The position numbers were made by a program, and so were the translations under genes. A DNA stretch of 64,000 bases, taken from positions 57,711 through 121,710 of the forward strand of contig JAFXAU010000020.1 of the NCBI GenBank assembly GCA_017516865.1, read 5' to 3'. Below are positions 10,380 to 21,300 of this stretch, in pieces. This stretch comes from Bacteroidales bacterium. GTDB lineage: Bacteria; Bacteroidota; Bacteroidia; Bacteroidales; UBA1715. A model generated the notes under the pieces. It did not search any database, was not told where the DNA came from, and saw only the letters and a program-made list of their open reading frames with translations. Positions within the stretch are counted from its first letter, which is position 1. The number at the start of each line of letters is the position of its first letter.

Positions 10380-11164
10380 AAAAAATATGGACAAAACCAA
10401 AATTAATAGCTGAATTTAAACGAATTGAAGCTATGGGATGGATTGAAAATTATCGAGGAAAGAATGATGGTGCGGTAGGAAATATATTAGAAGATTTATT
10501 AGGGATAGAGGAAAATAATCTACCTATTCCTAATGCTGCCGAATGGGAATTGAAAGCACAGCGAGGTAATTCTGGCTCTCTTACGACAATGTTTCACTGT
10601 GAACCTTCTCCTCGTGCTTTAAGCCTTGTTCCTCAATTGTTGTTGCCTTTTTATGGCTGGAAGCACCAACAAGCGGGAAAGAAATATCCAATGTCAGAAA
10701 TGAGTTTTCGTCAAACTATTCATGCTGGCGATTATAGTGATAGAGGTTTTATTGTAAAAATAGATAGAAAAGAACGTAAAATAAAAATATCGTTTAATTA
10801 TCGAAAGGTAGCAGAGAAACATAAAGCATGGTATAATAAGATTCAAAAAAATGTAGGTCTAAAAGATTTGAATCCACAACCATATTGGGGATTTGATGAT
10901 TTAGCTAGTCAAGCGGGGACAAAATTGTTGAATTGTTTTTATGTTCAAGCAGAAGTAAAAAAGGTGAATGGTAAAGAATATTTTCACTATAACAAAGTAC
11001 TTATGCTACAGAAATTTAGTTTTGATGGTTTTCTAAAGGAATTGGAAAATGGCAATGTTCTTGTTGATTTTGATGCGCGGACAGGACATAATCACGGAAC
11101 AAAGTTTCGTATGAGAAAGAATTGTTTACCATTGCTTTATGAGAAAGTGACGAGAATAGTTTAA
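10376..11164 (+). CDS. Type II restriction endonuclease, MvaI/BcnI-like
   Basis: 262 aa. The pattern MKKIW..(19)GW....NDGAVGNILEDLLGIEENNL..(7)EWELKA......SLTTMFH.EP ... NGNVLVDFDAR.GHNHGTKFRMR...LPLLYE matches my recollection of the BcnI/MvaI family layout. Translationally coupled to the methyltransferase. Confidence 0.7.
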   Translation: MKKIWTKPKLIAEFKRIEAMGWIENYRGKNDGAVGNILEDLLGIEENNLPIPNAAEWELKAQRGNSGSLTTMFHCEPSPRALSLVPQLLLPFYGWKHQQAGKKYPMSEMSFRQTIHAGDYSDRGFIVKIDRKERKIKISFNYRKVAEKHKAWYNKIQKNVGLKDLNPQPYWGFDDLASQAGTKLLNCFYVQAEVKKVNGKEYFHYNKVLMLQKFSFDGFLKELENGNVLVDFDARTGHNHGTKFRMRKNCLPLLYEKVTRIV

Positions 11165-11225
11165 TATTATACACCCATTATTAGTTTTTCCAAAAGAATT
11201 TGCAGTTGAAGAAAACCACTATATT

Positions 11226-12497
11226 ATGAAAAAACTCTTTCTAACCTTTTCAATTTTCATTGCCGTTGCTGCTTCTGCACAGTCGGTTAAAGACGAAGTG
11301 TATGCCGACAAAAACAAAATGTGCAGTAATTATCTGAAGTATCAGACACCAAAGGAAAAATACACTCCGGCACCGAAGGGATATAAGCCGTTCTATATCA
11401 GTCATTACGGACGACATGGTTCTCGGTATCATTATTCGGCAAGTGACTATGCCTTTTTTGATAAACTTTTTCTTAGCGCAGATTCTGCACAGGCATTGAC
11501 CGAATTGGGAAAATCTGTCGGCAAACGGGTTCATCAATTATATGTAGATGCACATCAACGTGCAGGAGATTTGACACAAACGGGTGCTAAACAACACATA
11601 GAAATTGCAAAACGGATGGTTCAATCATATCCAGATGTTTTCAAAGGTAATGCTAAAATAGACGTGAAAGCCTCTACGTCAGGACGTTGCATTATGAGTA
11701 TGGATGCCTTTTGTAGACAATTACAAGCAATGAATCCTCAATTGTCGATTACCGCTGAATCGAGTAAACGACTTATGACATATATCTGTAACGATTCGTG
11801 GGATACAATTTCTGTTTATATGAGTGACACACTCTGGACAAACCGCTTTAATGCGTTGCACGAAAAATATGTAAAGCCAGAACGAATGATGCGTGCTTTG
11901 TTTTCTGATTCGTTATACGTTGAAAAATATATTGACAAGGTTCAGTTCATGCGGAAATTCTATGAAATATATGGAAGCATGCAAGGAATTGATGATGTGA
12001 ATTTTGACTTTGCAGATGTATTTACCGATGATGAATTGTACGGAAACTGGATTGTGCAAAATGCGTGGTGGTATGGCGCATACGGGCGTTGTCCGCTTAC
12101 GCATGCCCGTGGGACGAAATTCGCAAAAAATCTACTTCGGAATATTCTCGACGAAGCCGACAAGGCACTGGCGGGAAACGGAACAAGTGCGACGCTTCGC
12201 TTCGGTCACGATACAGGTCTATTGCCGCTTTGCTGCTTAATGGAACTGGAAGGCTGCAATGCACGTACAGCTGATTTGGAAAATTTGTCAAACAAATGGG
12301 GATGGTGCGATTTCAAAATAATACCAATGGCTGGAAACTTGCAAATGATTTTTTATAAATCGAAAAAATCTTATGATGTGCTCGTGAAAGTGCTTTTGAA
12401 CGAACGTGAAGTTGATTTGCCCGTATATAGCGATATGGCTCCATATTATAAATGGAACGATGTTGAACAATATTATCGAAATATTCTAAACGAATAG
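11226..12497 (+). CDS. Secreted histidine acid phosphatase family protein (MINPP/phytase-like)
   Basis: 423 aa. Signal peptide ...AVAASA/QS. RHGSRYH catalytic motif (RHGxRxP-type) and a later GHDTG (HD) motif. Confidence 0.8.
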   Translation: MKKLFLTFSIFIAVAASAQSVKDEVYADKNKMCSNYLKYQTPKEKYTPAPKGYKPFYISHYGRHGSRYHYSASDYAFFDKLFLSADSAQALTELGKSVGKRVHQLYVDAHQRAGDLTQTGAKQHIEIAKRMVQSYPDVFKGNAKIDVKASTSGRCIMSMDAFCRQLQAMNPQLSITAESSKRLMTYICNDSWDTISVYMSDTLWTNRFNALHEKYVKPERMMRALFSDSLYVEKYIDKVQFMRKFYEIYGSMQGIDDVNFDFADVFTDDELYGNWIVQNAWWYGAYGRCPLTHARGTKFAKNLLRNILDEADKALAGNGTSATLRFGHDTGLLPLCCLMELEGCNARTADLENLSNKWGWCDFKIIPMAGNLQMIFYKSKKSYDVLVKVLLNEREVDLPVYSDMAPYYKWNDVEQYYRNILNE

Positions 12498-12499
12498 TA

Positions 12500-13168
12500 G
12501 TGAGAAAGTTACGTATAATATACGAAGACAAATGGCTTGTTGTGATTGAAAAACCGTCGGGGTTGCTTTCGGTCGGACATCCTACGGCAAACGAGGAAAA
12601 TGCGTGGCATTTGGTTGGCGAATACTTGAAATCTAAAAACTACCGTGACAACGCTTATGTCTGTCACCGTCTTGATAAATTCACGTCGGGAATTTTGATG
12701 TTTTCAAAAAGCGAGGAAATACAGCATCAGCTTCGCGACAATTGGAACGATTATGTGTTGGATAGACGATATGTTGCTGTTACAGAGGTGGTTCCCAATC
12801 CTAAAAAAGCCGAAATCCGTTCGTATTTGACCGAAAATTCTGCAATGTTTGTCCACTCTACGCAAAATACCGAAATTGGAAAACTTGCAATCACACGTTT
12901 CAAGGTTATTGCCGAGAATAAGAATATGGCATTGCTTGATGTTCAAATACTTACTGGACGAAAGAATCAAATTCGCGTTCATCTTTCGGAACATGGTTGG
13001 CCGATTGCCGGCGATAAAAAATATGGTGCAAAAACTTCGCCTGAAAATCGTCTGATGTTACACAACAATCGTCTTGCCGTGATACATCCTGTGACACGTC
13101 AGCAAATGGTTTTTGAGTCTCCAGTGCCGAAATCGTTTTTGAAATATTTTCCTCAATCATTCGAATAA
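12500..13168 (+). CDS. RluA-family pseudouridine synthase
   Basis: 222 aa, GTG start. KPSGLLS, HRLDKFTSGILMFSKS (catalytic Asp) and GRKNQIRVHL blocks. Confidence 0.88.
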   Translation: MRKLRIIYEDKWLVVIEKPSGLLSVGHPTANEENAWHLVGEYLKSKNYRDNAYVCHRLDKFTSGILMFSKSEEIQHQLRDNWNDYVLDRRYVAVTEVVPNPKKAEIRSYLTENSAMFVHSTQNTEIGKLAITRFKVIAENKNMALLDVQILTGRKNQIRVHLSEHGWPIAGDKKYGAKTSPENRLMLHNNRLAVIHPVTRQQMVFESPVPKSFLKYFPQSFE

Positions 13169-13207
13169 GTGTAAAATAAACCCAACTCGAAATCGTTATT
13201 GAATTTT

Positions 13208-14179
13208 ATGAACGTCGGCAAACATAGTGCGTTAATTTTTGTATACATATTATTATGTATGCAAATTTCGTATGCACAGATTGTCGATTTTTCTCAGGTG
13301 TTTACGAATTATGTGTATTTGAATCCGTCGTTTGTCGGTTCCACTTCGTGTCCGAATGTGTATTCGTCGTTTCGGACGAGAAATTTGTCAGAAAAAAGTT
13401 ATAATTCCGCTTATGTTTCATTCGATGTGGAACTGAATGAAAAGTTTGGAAGTGTCGGTGCGTCGTTGTTGCAGGATTTCCAGTCTGATGTGTTTAAAGA
13501 GACAGAATTTATGGCGATTTATGCCAAAACATTCCAAATTCGTCGCTATTTATATATGAATGCGTCGTTGGCTGCGGGTTATGTGTATGGAGCGACCGAC
13601 TATTCAAACTTGATTTATTCCGATATGTTGAACGTGTTCAGCGAAGGTTTTTTGGCAACGGGGGAGGATATGGAACGGATAGTTCGGCATAATTTTAATA
13701 CAGAAATGGGCATATTATTATATAATGACAACTTTTTTGCGGGTGTTTCAATAAAGAATTTGCAGGGAAATATTACCGAAGAGAACAAAAAATGTAATTT
13801 TTTTCCAAGAATTTTTTCTTTCCATAGTTTGGGTCGTTTCTCGACTACAAAAGCATATACACAGCAATATAGAATTTGGTTCTATCCGCATGTAAATCTT
13901 GTAGTTAGCAATGTATCTTCGTATGCGCAATTAGGTTTGGTTTTACAAAAATGGATGGTTCAGGCAGGGGGGGGGTACAGACAAAATTTCTCTAAAAATG
14001 CAAATTCTTTCACTTTTTTTGTTGGTGTTGTTCAAAAAAAGTTTAGATTTGCCTATTCTTGTGATGTGACAAGAAACACGACAAGAAAATTTGATACCCA
14101 TGAAGTTTCTTTAGGATATCAGTTTGATTGTCGAGAGAAAAAGAAAAAATTCGAGGCTGTCAAGGCTCCGACAATATAA
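13208..14179 (+). CDS. PorP/SprF-family T9SS-associated outer-membrane protein
   Basis: Signal ...MQISYA/Q followed by DFSQVF.NYVYLNPSFVG, the characteristic PorP/SprF N-terminus. Beta-barrel-like alternating pattern to the C-terminus. ATG 13208 preferred over TTG 13199. Confidence 0.7.
   Translation: MNVGKHSALIFVYILLCMQISYAQIVDFSQVFTNYVYLNPSFVGSTSCPNVYSSFRTRNLSEKSYNSAYVSFDVELNEKFGSVGASLLQDFQSDVFKETEFMAIYAKTFQIRRYLYMNASLAAGYVYGATDYSNLIYSDMLNVFSEGFLATGEDMERIVRHNFNTEMGILLYNDNFFAGVSIKNLQGNITEENKKCNFFPRIFSFHSLGRFSTTKAYTQQYRIWFYPHVNLVVSNVSSYAQLGLVLQKWMVQAGGGYRQNFSKNANSFTFFVGVVQKKFRFAYSCDVTRNTTRKFDTHEVSLGYQFDCREKKKKFEAVKAPTI
13967..13975 (+). repeat. G9 homopolymer inside the PorP-like CDS
   Basis: gca ggg ggg ggg tac (AGGGY). 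This is the longest G/C run I saw in an otherwise AT-rich window. Confidence 0.95.
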
Positions 14180-14212
14180 ATATGAAAGTTGAAATTATTA
14201 AAAAGAGTGATT

Positions 14213-15721
14213 ATGAATATTAAGAATCTTTTGATGTATTCAGCAATTGCAGGACTTTTCTTTATGAGTTCTTGTGCTGACGAAGTTTCAAACACTACTG
14301 GTTGGAACTACAATGATTCAAAGAATGGAGGTTTCCAAAAGTATGATGATTTCTACGAACAGGAAACAGGTCCAGGTCTTGTATTGGTTGAAGGCGGTTC
14401 ATTCACGATGGGCGGTGTTCAACAAGATGTAATGTATGATTGGAATAATGTGGCACGAAAAGTCAGTGTTTCTTCATTCTACATGGATGAAACAGAAGTA
14501 AAAAATATTGACTATCGTGAATATTTGTATTGGACGACTCGTGTGTTCGCCGATAATCCATACGTATATTGGGCTGCATTGCCAGATACATTGGTTTGGA
14601 GAAGCAAGATGAGTTACAACGAACCATATGTACAGCACTATTTGCGTCACCCTGCATTCCAAAACTATCCAGTTGTTGGAGTTAGCTGGTTGCAAGCAAA
14701 CGACTATTGCGTTTGGCGTACAGACCGTGTAAACGAAAGAATTTTGATTCGTGAAGGTATTCTTAACGAAAATCCTGACCAAGTGGGCGAAGATAACTTC
14801 AACGTAGAATCTTACATGACGCACTTGTATGAAGGTTCGGTAAACCAAAATTTGCATGACTACAATCCGTCTAACGGTGACGGAACTCGTATAGTTCGTG
14901 AGGAAGATGGTATTATTCTTCCTAAATATCGTCTCCCGACTGAAGCTGAATGGGAATTTGCTGCTTTGGCAATCATCGGTAACTCGGTTGACGAACGTAT
15001 TTATGAAAGAAGAATATTCCCTTGGAACGGTCATCAAATGCGTAATGCAGGTGTAAACGACCGTGGTCAGATGATGGCGAACTACACTCGTGCTCGTGGT
15101 GACCAAATGGGTGTTGCAGGTCGTTTGAACGATATGGCCGACATTACAGCTCCTGTATTGTCATACTGGCCAAATGATTACGGATTGTACTGTATGGCAG
15201 GTAATGTTAATGAATGGGTACTTGATGTATATCGTGCTAATTCTTCTGGCGATGTAGATGAATTCAGACCATTCCGTGGTAACGTTTTCCAAAAATATTC
15301 TGAAGAAGAACAAGGTATCTTCGTTGACCGTGACTCTTTAGGTCGTATGGTTAAAGAAGATGTGACAGTAGAAGATGCATACGGAAGAATGAACTATCGT
15401 CAATCTGACAATATCAACTATCTTGATGGTGATCAAATGTCAAGTATTGATTATAACGAAGAAATTGACGATACAACAAGAACATACGGTTCTAACTTGA
15501 TGTACCAACAAAAGAACTTGTCTGATGAAGATTTGTATTCAGAAACTGGATGGTATACATTGGTAAATGACCACTCTCGTGTATACAAAGGCGGTAGCTG
15601 GAGAGATAGAGCTTACTATTTGGCTCCTGGCTCACGTCGTTTCTTGGATGAATCTAAATCAACAGATGATATAGGTTTCCGTTGTGCAATGACACGTGTT
15701 GGTAGCCCAGTTGCTTATTAA
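14213..15721 (+). CDS. gldJ: GldJ-like (GldJ/PorK family) lipoprotein with formylglycine-generating-enzyme (SUMF1) fold
   Basis: Lipoprotein signal MNIKNLLMYSAIAGLFFMSSC. TGWNYND.KNGGF, QETGPGLVLVEGGSFTMG, YPVVGVSWLQA, RLPTEAEWEFAA, KGGSWRD and GFRC blocks. Sits between a porP-like gene and murF. ATG 14213 preferred over TTG 14189. Confidence 0.7.
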   Translation: MNIKNLLMYSAIAGLFFMSSCADEVSNTTGWNYNDSKNGGFQKYDDFYEQETGPGLVLVEGGSFTMGGVQQDVMYDWNNVARKVSVSSFYMDETEVKNIDYREYLYWTTRVFADNPYVYWAALPDTLVWRSKMSYNEPYVQHYLRHPAFQNYPVVGVSWLQANDYCVWRTDRVNERILIREGILNENPDQVGEDNFNVESYMTHLYEGSVNQNLHDYNPSNGDGTRIVREEDGIILPKYRLPTEAEWEFAALAIIGNSVDERIYERRIFPWNGHQMRNAGVNDRGQMMANYTRARGDQMGVAGRLNDMADITAPVLSYWPNDYGLYCMAGNVNEWVLDVYRANSSGDVDEFRPFRGNVFQKYSEEEQGIFVDRDSLGRMVKEDVTVEDAYGRMNYRQSDNINYLDGDQMSSIDYNEEIDDTTRTYGSNLMYQQKNLSDEDLYSETGWYTLVNDHSRVYKGGSWRDRAYYLAPGSRRFLDESKSTDDIGFRCAMTRVGSPVAY

Positions 15722-15740
15722 ATCACTTATTTTAATATGG

Positions 15741-15769
15741 AAAGCCCCCGTTTGTGGGGCTTTTTTTTT
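15741..15769 (+). terminator. Rho-independent terminator after the gldJ-like gene
   Basis: AAAGCCCC-cgtttgt-GGGGCTTT hairpin followed by a T run (15761..15769), 20 nt after the stop. Confidence 0.8.
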
Positions 15770-15780
15770 GAATATTTCTT

Positions 15781-17073
15781 ATGACTGTTCAAGAATTTTA
15801 CGAAACGTATTATTTGAAACATCCTGTTGTTTCAACTGATACGAGAACCATCTCGCAGGGTTCTATTTTCGTCGCTTTGCGTGGAGAAAATTTCGATGGT
15901 AATCAGTATGCGGCAAAGGCAATAGAGGCTGGTGCCGTATGTGCCGTTGTCGATGATAAATCTGTCGTTTCGGACCGTTGTGTGTATGTTGAGAATACGT
16001 TACAATTCCTACAGGATTTAGCCCGTTATCACAGAATGCAATTGAATATTCCTGTGATTGGTGTTACTGGAACGAATGGCAAAACAACAACTAAAGAGTT
16101 GATTTCTGCTGTTTTGGCGAAAAAATACAAAGTGGAATACACTCGTGGCAATCTTAATAACCATATTGGTGTCCCATTGACGTTGCTATCAATTACAAAA
16201 GACATTGAAATTGCCGTTGTTGAAATGGGTGCAAATCATCCTGGCGAAATAAAAACCTTAGTAAACATTGCTTGTCCGACTTATGGAATTATCACGAATG
16301 TCGGAAAGGCTCATTTGCTTGGCTTTGGTTCGTTCGAAAATATTGTAAAGACAAAGACTGAATTGTATGAATATATTGCTTCGCATGATGGCACAATTTT
16401 TATAGATGCTGATAATGAGGTTCTGAATGCCAACTTACGAGGTGTAAAAAATCTTGTTAAATATTCATTTTCTGATTCTTCGTGCAGTTATGGACAAATG
16501 ATTGATAATGCGGTGTATGCGGCATTTTCGTTTAAAAGCACTAAAGGACAGACTGCCGATATATATTCGTCATTGTATGGGGAATATAATGCAAAAAATA
16601 TGTTGGCGGCTGCAACGATAGGAACGTTTTTCGACGTTGAAGTTCAAAAGATAAAAGAAGCCATTGAAGGCTATGTTCCTTCGAATAACCGTTCGCAATT
16701 GAGAAAAACCGACAAAAATATGTTGATTCTCGATGCGTACAATGCCAATCCAACAAGTATGCGTGCATCGTTGGAGACGTTCATTGCTATGAATGTGGAA
16801 AATGAAAAATGTGCAATTTTAGGTGAGATGTTCGAATTGGGAGAATCTTCGGAGAAAGAGCATATTGCAATTCTTGAATTGCTGAAAAAATCTTCGGTAC
16901 AACGAATCGTACTAGTCGGTAATTGGCCGCACATCGAAGGTTTGAATGCCTCGTATTATAAAACATCGCAGGATTTGAAAGAACAACTTATAAAAATGCC
17001 TATTTCTAACTCAACCATTCTAATAAAAGGTTCGAGAGGTGTGAAATTGGAAACCGTAGTGGATAATTTGTAA
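15781..17073 (+). CDS. murF: UDP-N-acetylmuramoyl-tripeptide--D-alanyl-D-alanine ligase
   Basis: 430 aa. [14 protein letters not shown]-loop, DAYNANP and KGSRG blocks. Confidence 0.92.
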   Translation: MTVQEFYETYYLKHPVVSTDTRTISQGSIFVALRGENFDGNQYAAKAIEAGAVCAVVDDKSVVSDRCVYVENTLQFLQDLARYHRMQLNIPVIGVTGTNGKTTTKELISAVLAKKYKVEYTRGNLNNHIGVPLTLLSITKDIEIAVVEMGANHPGEIKTLVNIACPTYGIITNVGKAHLLGFGSFENIVKTKTELYEYIASHDGTIFIDADNEVLNANLRGVKNLVKYSFSDSSCSYGQMIDNAVYAAFSFKSTKGQTADIYSSLYGEYNAKNMLAAATIGTFFDVEVQKIKEAIEGYVPSNNRSQLRKTDKNMLILDAYNANPTSMRASLETFIAMNVENEKCAILGEMFELGESSEKEHIAILELLKKSSVQRIVLVGNWPHIEGLNASYYKTSQDLKEQLIKMPISNSTILIKGSRGVKLETVVDNL

Positions 17074-17083
17074 AATAATAATC

Positions 17084-18340
17084 ATGAAAATTGTAGTCGC
17101 AGGAACAGGATATGTCGGTTTGAGTATTGCAACGTTGATGGCGCAACATCATTCGGTTGTAGCGGTCGATGTGATTCCCGAAAAAGTAGAGAAAATCAAT
17201 AATAAAATATCGCCGATTCAGGACGAATACATTGAAAAATATTTGTCGGAAAGGAAACTTGATTTAGTTGCTACGCTTGACGGCGATTCGGCATATAAAA
17301 ATGCTGATCTTGTTGTAATTGCAACTCCGACGAATTATGACCATATCAAAAACTACTTTGACACCAGTCACGTTGAAGAAGTGATAGAGAAAGTCCTTTC
17401 TGTTAATCCTACGGTGACAATGGTTATAAAATCGACAATTCCAGTGGGTTACACTGAACATCTTTACAAAAAATATGGAAAAGATGTCCGAATATTGTTT
17501 TCTCCTGAATTTCTTCGCGAAAGCAAGGCTTTGTACGATAATTTATATCCATCTCGTATAATTGTGGGCGTTCCCAAGAAAGAAATTTCTTCGCATGCCG
17601 ATGAATTGGCTGAATCTGCACGTACATTTGCAGGTCTGTTGCAGGAAGGCGCTTTAAAGGATTCCATCGAAACTATTTTTATGGGATTAACCGAAGCCGA
17701 GGCAGTAAAATTGTTTGCAAATACGTATCTCGCACTTCGGGTAAGTTATTTTAACGAACTCGACACGTATGCTGAAATGAAAGGGCTTGATTCTAAGGCA
17801 ATTATCAAGGGCGTAAGTTTAGATCCTCGTATCGGTGACCACTATAATAATCCAAGTTTCGGATACGGTGGTTATTGTCTCCCCAAAGATACCAAGCAGT
17901 TGCTCGCAAATTATGCCGATGTGCCTGAAAATCTGATTCAAGCAATTGTTGAAAGTAATCGCACTCGAAAGGATTTTATTGCAGACCGAGTTTTGAATAT
18001 GGCGGGGTATTATGACTATTACAACTGTGGCGATTTTGATGCTTCGCATGAAAAAGAATGTGTGATTGGCGTGTATCGTCTGACAATGAAAAGTAATTCC
18101 GACAATTTCCGTCAAAGCTCCATTCAAGGTGTTATGAAGCGTATAAAGGCTAAAGGTGCGCAGATAATTGTGTACGAGCCGACGTTGGAAAATGGAAGTA
18201 CATTTTTTGGCAGCAAGGTTGTGAATAACCTTGATGAATTTAAATCAAAAGCCCAGGCGATAATTGCAAATCGTTACGATGCTTGTCTTGACGATGTTGC
18301 CGAAAAAGTATACACGCGCGATATTTTCCGAAGAGATTAG
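17084..18340 (+). CDS. ugd: UDP-glucose 6-dehydrogenase (nucleotide-sugar dehydrogenase)
   Basis: 418 aa. [14 protein letters not shown] Rossmann start, SPEFLREG-like SPEFLRES, and [14 protein letters not shown] catalytic Cys block. Confidence 0.88.
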   Translation: MKIVVAGTGYVGLSIATLMAQHHSVVAVDVIPEKVEKINNKISPIQDEYIEKYLSERKLDLVATLDGDSAYKNADLVVIATPTNYDHIKNYFDTSHVEEVIEKVLSVNPTVTMVIKSTIPVGYTEHLYKKYGKDVRILFSPEFLRESKALYDNLYPSRIIVGVPKKEISSHADELAESARTFAGLLQEGALKDSIETIFMGLTEAEAVKLFANTYLALRVSYFNELDTYAEMKGLDSKAIIKGVSLDPRIGDHYNNPSFGYGGYCLPKDTKQLLANYADVPENLIQAIVESNRTRKDFIADRVLNMAGYYDYYNCGDFDASHEKECVIGVYRLTMKSNSDNFRQSSIQGVMKRIKAKGAQIIVYEPTLENGSTFFGSKVVNNLDEFKSKAQAIIANRYDACLDDVAEKVYTRDIFRRD

Positions 18341-18345
18341 AGTGG

Positions 18346-21300
18346 TTACGCTTCTTTTGGCTTGTCTTCCAAGTAAATATTCAAGTCAAATCCCATGACA
18401 AGAATGTCGTCGACTTGTTCCCAATTGCCTTGCCATTGTTGGAGCATATTCTTGAGCGTGACACCTTGTTTGGGAAGATTAAATTGTTGACACTCCTCAA
18501 TATACGACATGAATCGTTTGAATTTTAATTTTTTGCCGTTTTCTCCGCCAAATTGGTCTGAATATCCGTCGCTGAACATATAGAATCTATCGTTCGGTTG
18601 TACGTTTATTATTATGTTTGTGTACGGATTGTCTTGGTCGTTGCTGAGTCCTACGGGATATTTGTCGCCTTTGACTGTAATAAATTGATTGTCTCTATAA
18701 ATGAGCATTCGCGACAGTGCACCGGCAAATTCCAGAACGCAAGTACTTTTGTCAAAAACGCAGATAGAGATGTCCATTCCGTCTTGTACAACGGTATTGT
18801 CTTCTAAATCACCTTTGTAAAGTAGTTCAATGAGCGATTTGTTCAAGTAGTCAAGAATTTCCGATGCTTTGTGAATGTGTCTGTCTTTTGTGATGTTGCG
18901 GAGCAAATTGTAGCCGATAATCGACATGAACGCTCCAGGAACTCCGTGGCCAGTGCAGTCGGCGCAGACAATGAAAATTTTTGTGTCAATCTCCGTAATC
19001 CAATAAAAATCGCCACTAACAATATCTTTGGGAATATACAAAATAAATGACGAAGGCAAAATTTGTTTGAATCTTGCTCTGGCGGGCATGATTGCCATTT
19101 GAATTCTTTTTGCATATGTGATACTGTCAAGAATATTACGGTTTTTGTTTTCGAGTTCAGTTTGCTGTTCTTCCAATTTTTCTGTCCATGCCTGTCGTTC
19201 CGTCAAACGATGATTTTCTTCTATAAGTTTTTTACGGCTTCGTTGAATGGCTAATAAAACAATGATGGTAAGAGTCAGTATTTCAATTATATAGGCGGCG
19301 GTAGTTCTCCAAAAAGGAGGTTTTACGCGTATTTGGATTGATTTTTCTTCGGACCATATCCCGTCGCTGTTCGATGCAAGTATTTTCAATGTGTAGCTGC
19401 CTTTGGGAAGTTTTATAATGTTGATGTAATTTTGATTCTTTAGGTCTATCCATTGGTCTGTCTGACCGCTGATGAAGTATTTGTATTGATTCTTTTCTGG
19501 TCGCGTGAATTCTAATGCGGCAAATGAAATTTTTATGTTCGAGTTGTTCCACGGAATGACAATAGCGTCGCCGTCGAAAATTTGTCGTTCGAATTTCTTG
19601 TCGTTTACCGTGTATTCAAGTTGAAGAAACTCGAGATTAGGGGCATTGGTAGTTGCCGTAATGGAGTCGGGGTGAAAGATGTTGATTCCCGTTGTTCCGC
19701 CGAATAGCATGTAGCCGTTCATCATTTTCCACGCTGAATGAGGCGAAAACTCGTAGTCTTGAATGCCATCGTTCAATGAATATGATTTACAGATGATAGA
19801 GTCGGCGTAAAATGCAGCAAGTCCGTTATCGGTTCCAATCCAAATTTGAGAATTGTTTGTCTGTACGGAAAAAATTTCGTTCGAGACAAGACCGTTGTGT
19901 GTGGTGTAAAGTGTCGATTCGTCAAGAACGGGATTATATTTGATTAAGCCGAGATTTGTTCCAATCCAAATGTATCCTTCATAGTCTTCGGAAATGTCGT
20001 ACACATGTTTCTGCATATCCGTCGAGAATTGAGCAAAAATGTCTAATTCTTTGAATGTGTTTGTTTTATAGTCATACAGACTGACGCCGTTTTCGCATCC
20101 AATGAAAATTTTGTTTTTGTAATTTTCGTAAAAGCAACTGATTTGATTTGACGGAAGTTGCTTTTTATCAATCTGTTTTATCTCTTTAGTTTGTGTATTG
20201 AAAATGGTTACTCCAAAGTTTGTTCCAATCCAGAGATTTTTTCGAGAATCAAGCAAAAGTCCCTTAATTCGTTTTTTTGCAAGGCAGAAAGAATCGAGTT
20301 CGGGAAATTCCTTGTCAATTGATTCAAATTTCTTGGAATTTTTATCGTATAGCAGAAGTATTCCGTCGCCCCCGATGAGAATTTGAGATTTTGAAAACTC
20401 AATAATTGACGTTACGTAATTAGTCGGAAAGTTGCCTTTGTCGGCAGAGAACGTCTGTTTTGTGTGTTTGTTCATGTCGTAAATCTGTAATCCGCCGAAT
20501 TTCGTTCCGAAAAATACAAGTTCGTCGTCTATGCAGATTGACGTAGTGTATGTGTAATTTCCTTCCTTTTTGCTATCGCTGTTGGAGAGAAGGAGGAATC
20601 GTTTCTTTTTTATGTCGAGTTTGTAAAGACCGTTTTGCGAACCAATCCAAATAAGATTATCGCGTGTCTTTATTATTGTATTTACTTGATTGGCAAATGT
20701 CCCGCTTGGTATGGTCGTCTGCTGTTGGCGGGTAAATGTTTTTTTTCTTGTGTCGAAAGTAAAAATGCCGTTACGTTCCGTTGCAATCCATAGAATGTCG
20801 GCGTTGAGACCTCCGCTTATTCCTATTATGTCGGATTGTGCGGCATAGAAATACGCAGTTGTTTTTTTCGTCTTTTTGTCGAACAAGTTCAGACCGTTTT
20901 CTGTTCCAATCCACAGATAGTCTTGGTCTTCGTAAATGGCATGTATTCGGTTGTTACTAAAATTCTTGAAGAAAATAAATTCGTCTTTGTCTTGTTCATA
21001 GCATCCCAGACCGTTCTCCGTGCCAATCCAGAGTGTTCCTTGTGAATCTTGAAAAATAGGGCAGGTGTATTGTTCAATTTCTTCATCGAAAATACTATTG
21101 TTCAATTCGTATGAATGAATATTTCCATCTTCAGGGTTGATTTTACTGATGTTTTTCCCCGTTTTTATCCAAATGGCACCTTCGTTATCGCAAAAAACAT
21201 TTTGAATAAGTTCGTTTTCAAACGTGTATTCGTTTGATTTTGATGAGAATCGCCTGCATTCGTATGATTCGCGGAGAATTTGATTGAGACCGTATTCTGT

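Noticed and set aside
9606-11164. Possible depletion of CCWGG/CCSGG sites as evidence for the specificity of the R-M system.
   Set aside because: I can see both CCAGG/CCTGG (for example near 14372 and 1693) and CCCGG (for example near 8008) in the window. I cannot compute expected frequencies by hand, so no claim is made.
14474-15106. A 210-aa ORF on the minus strand.
   Set aside because: It is antisense within the GldJ-like gene and has no motifs.
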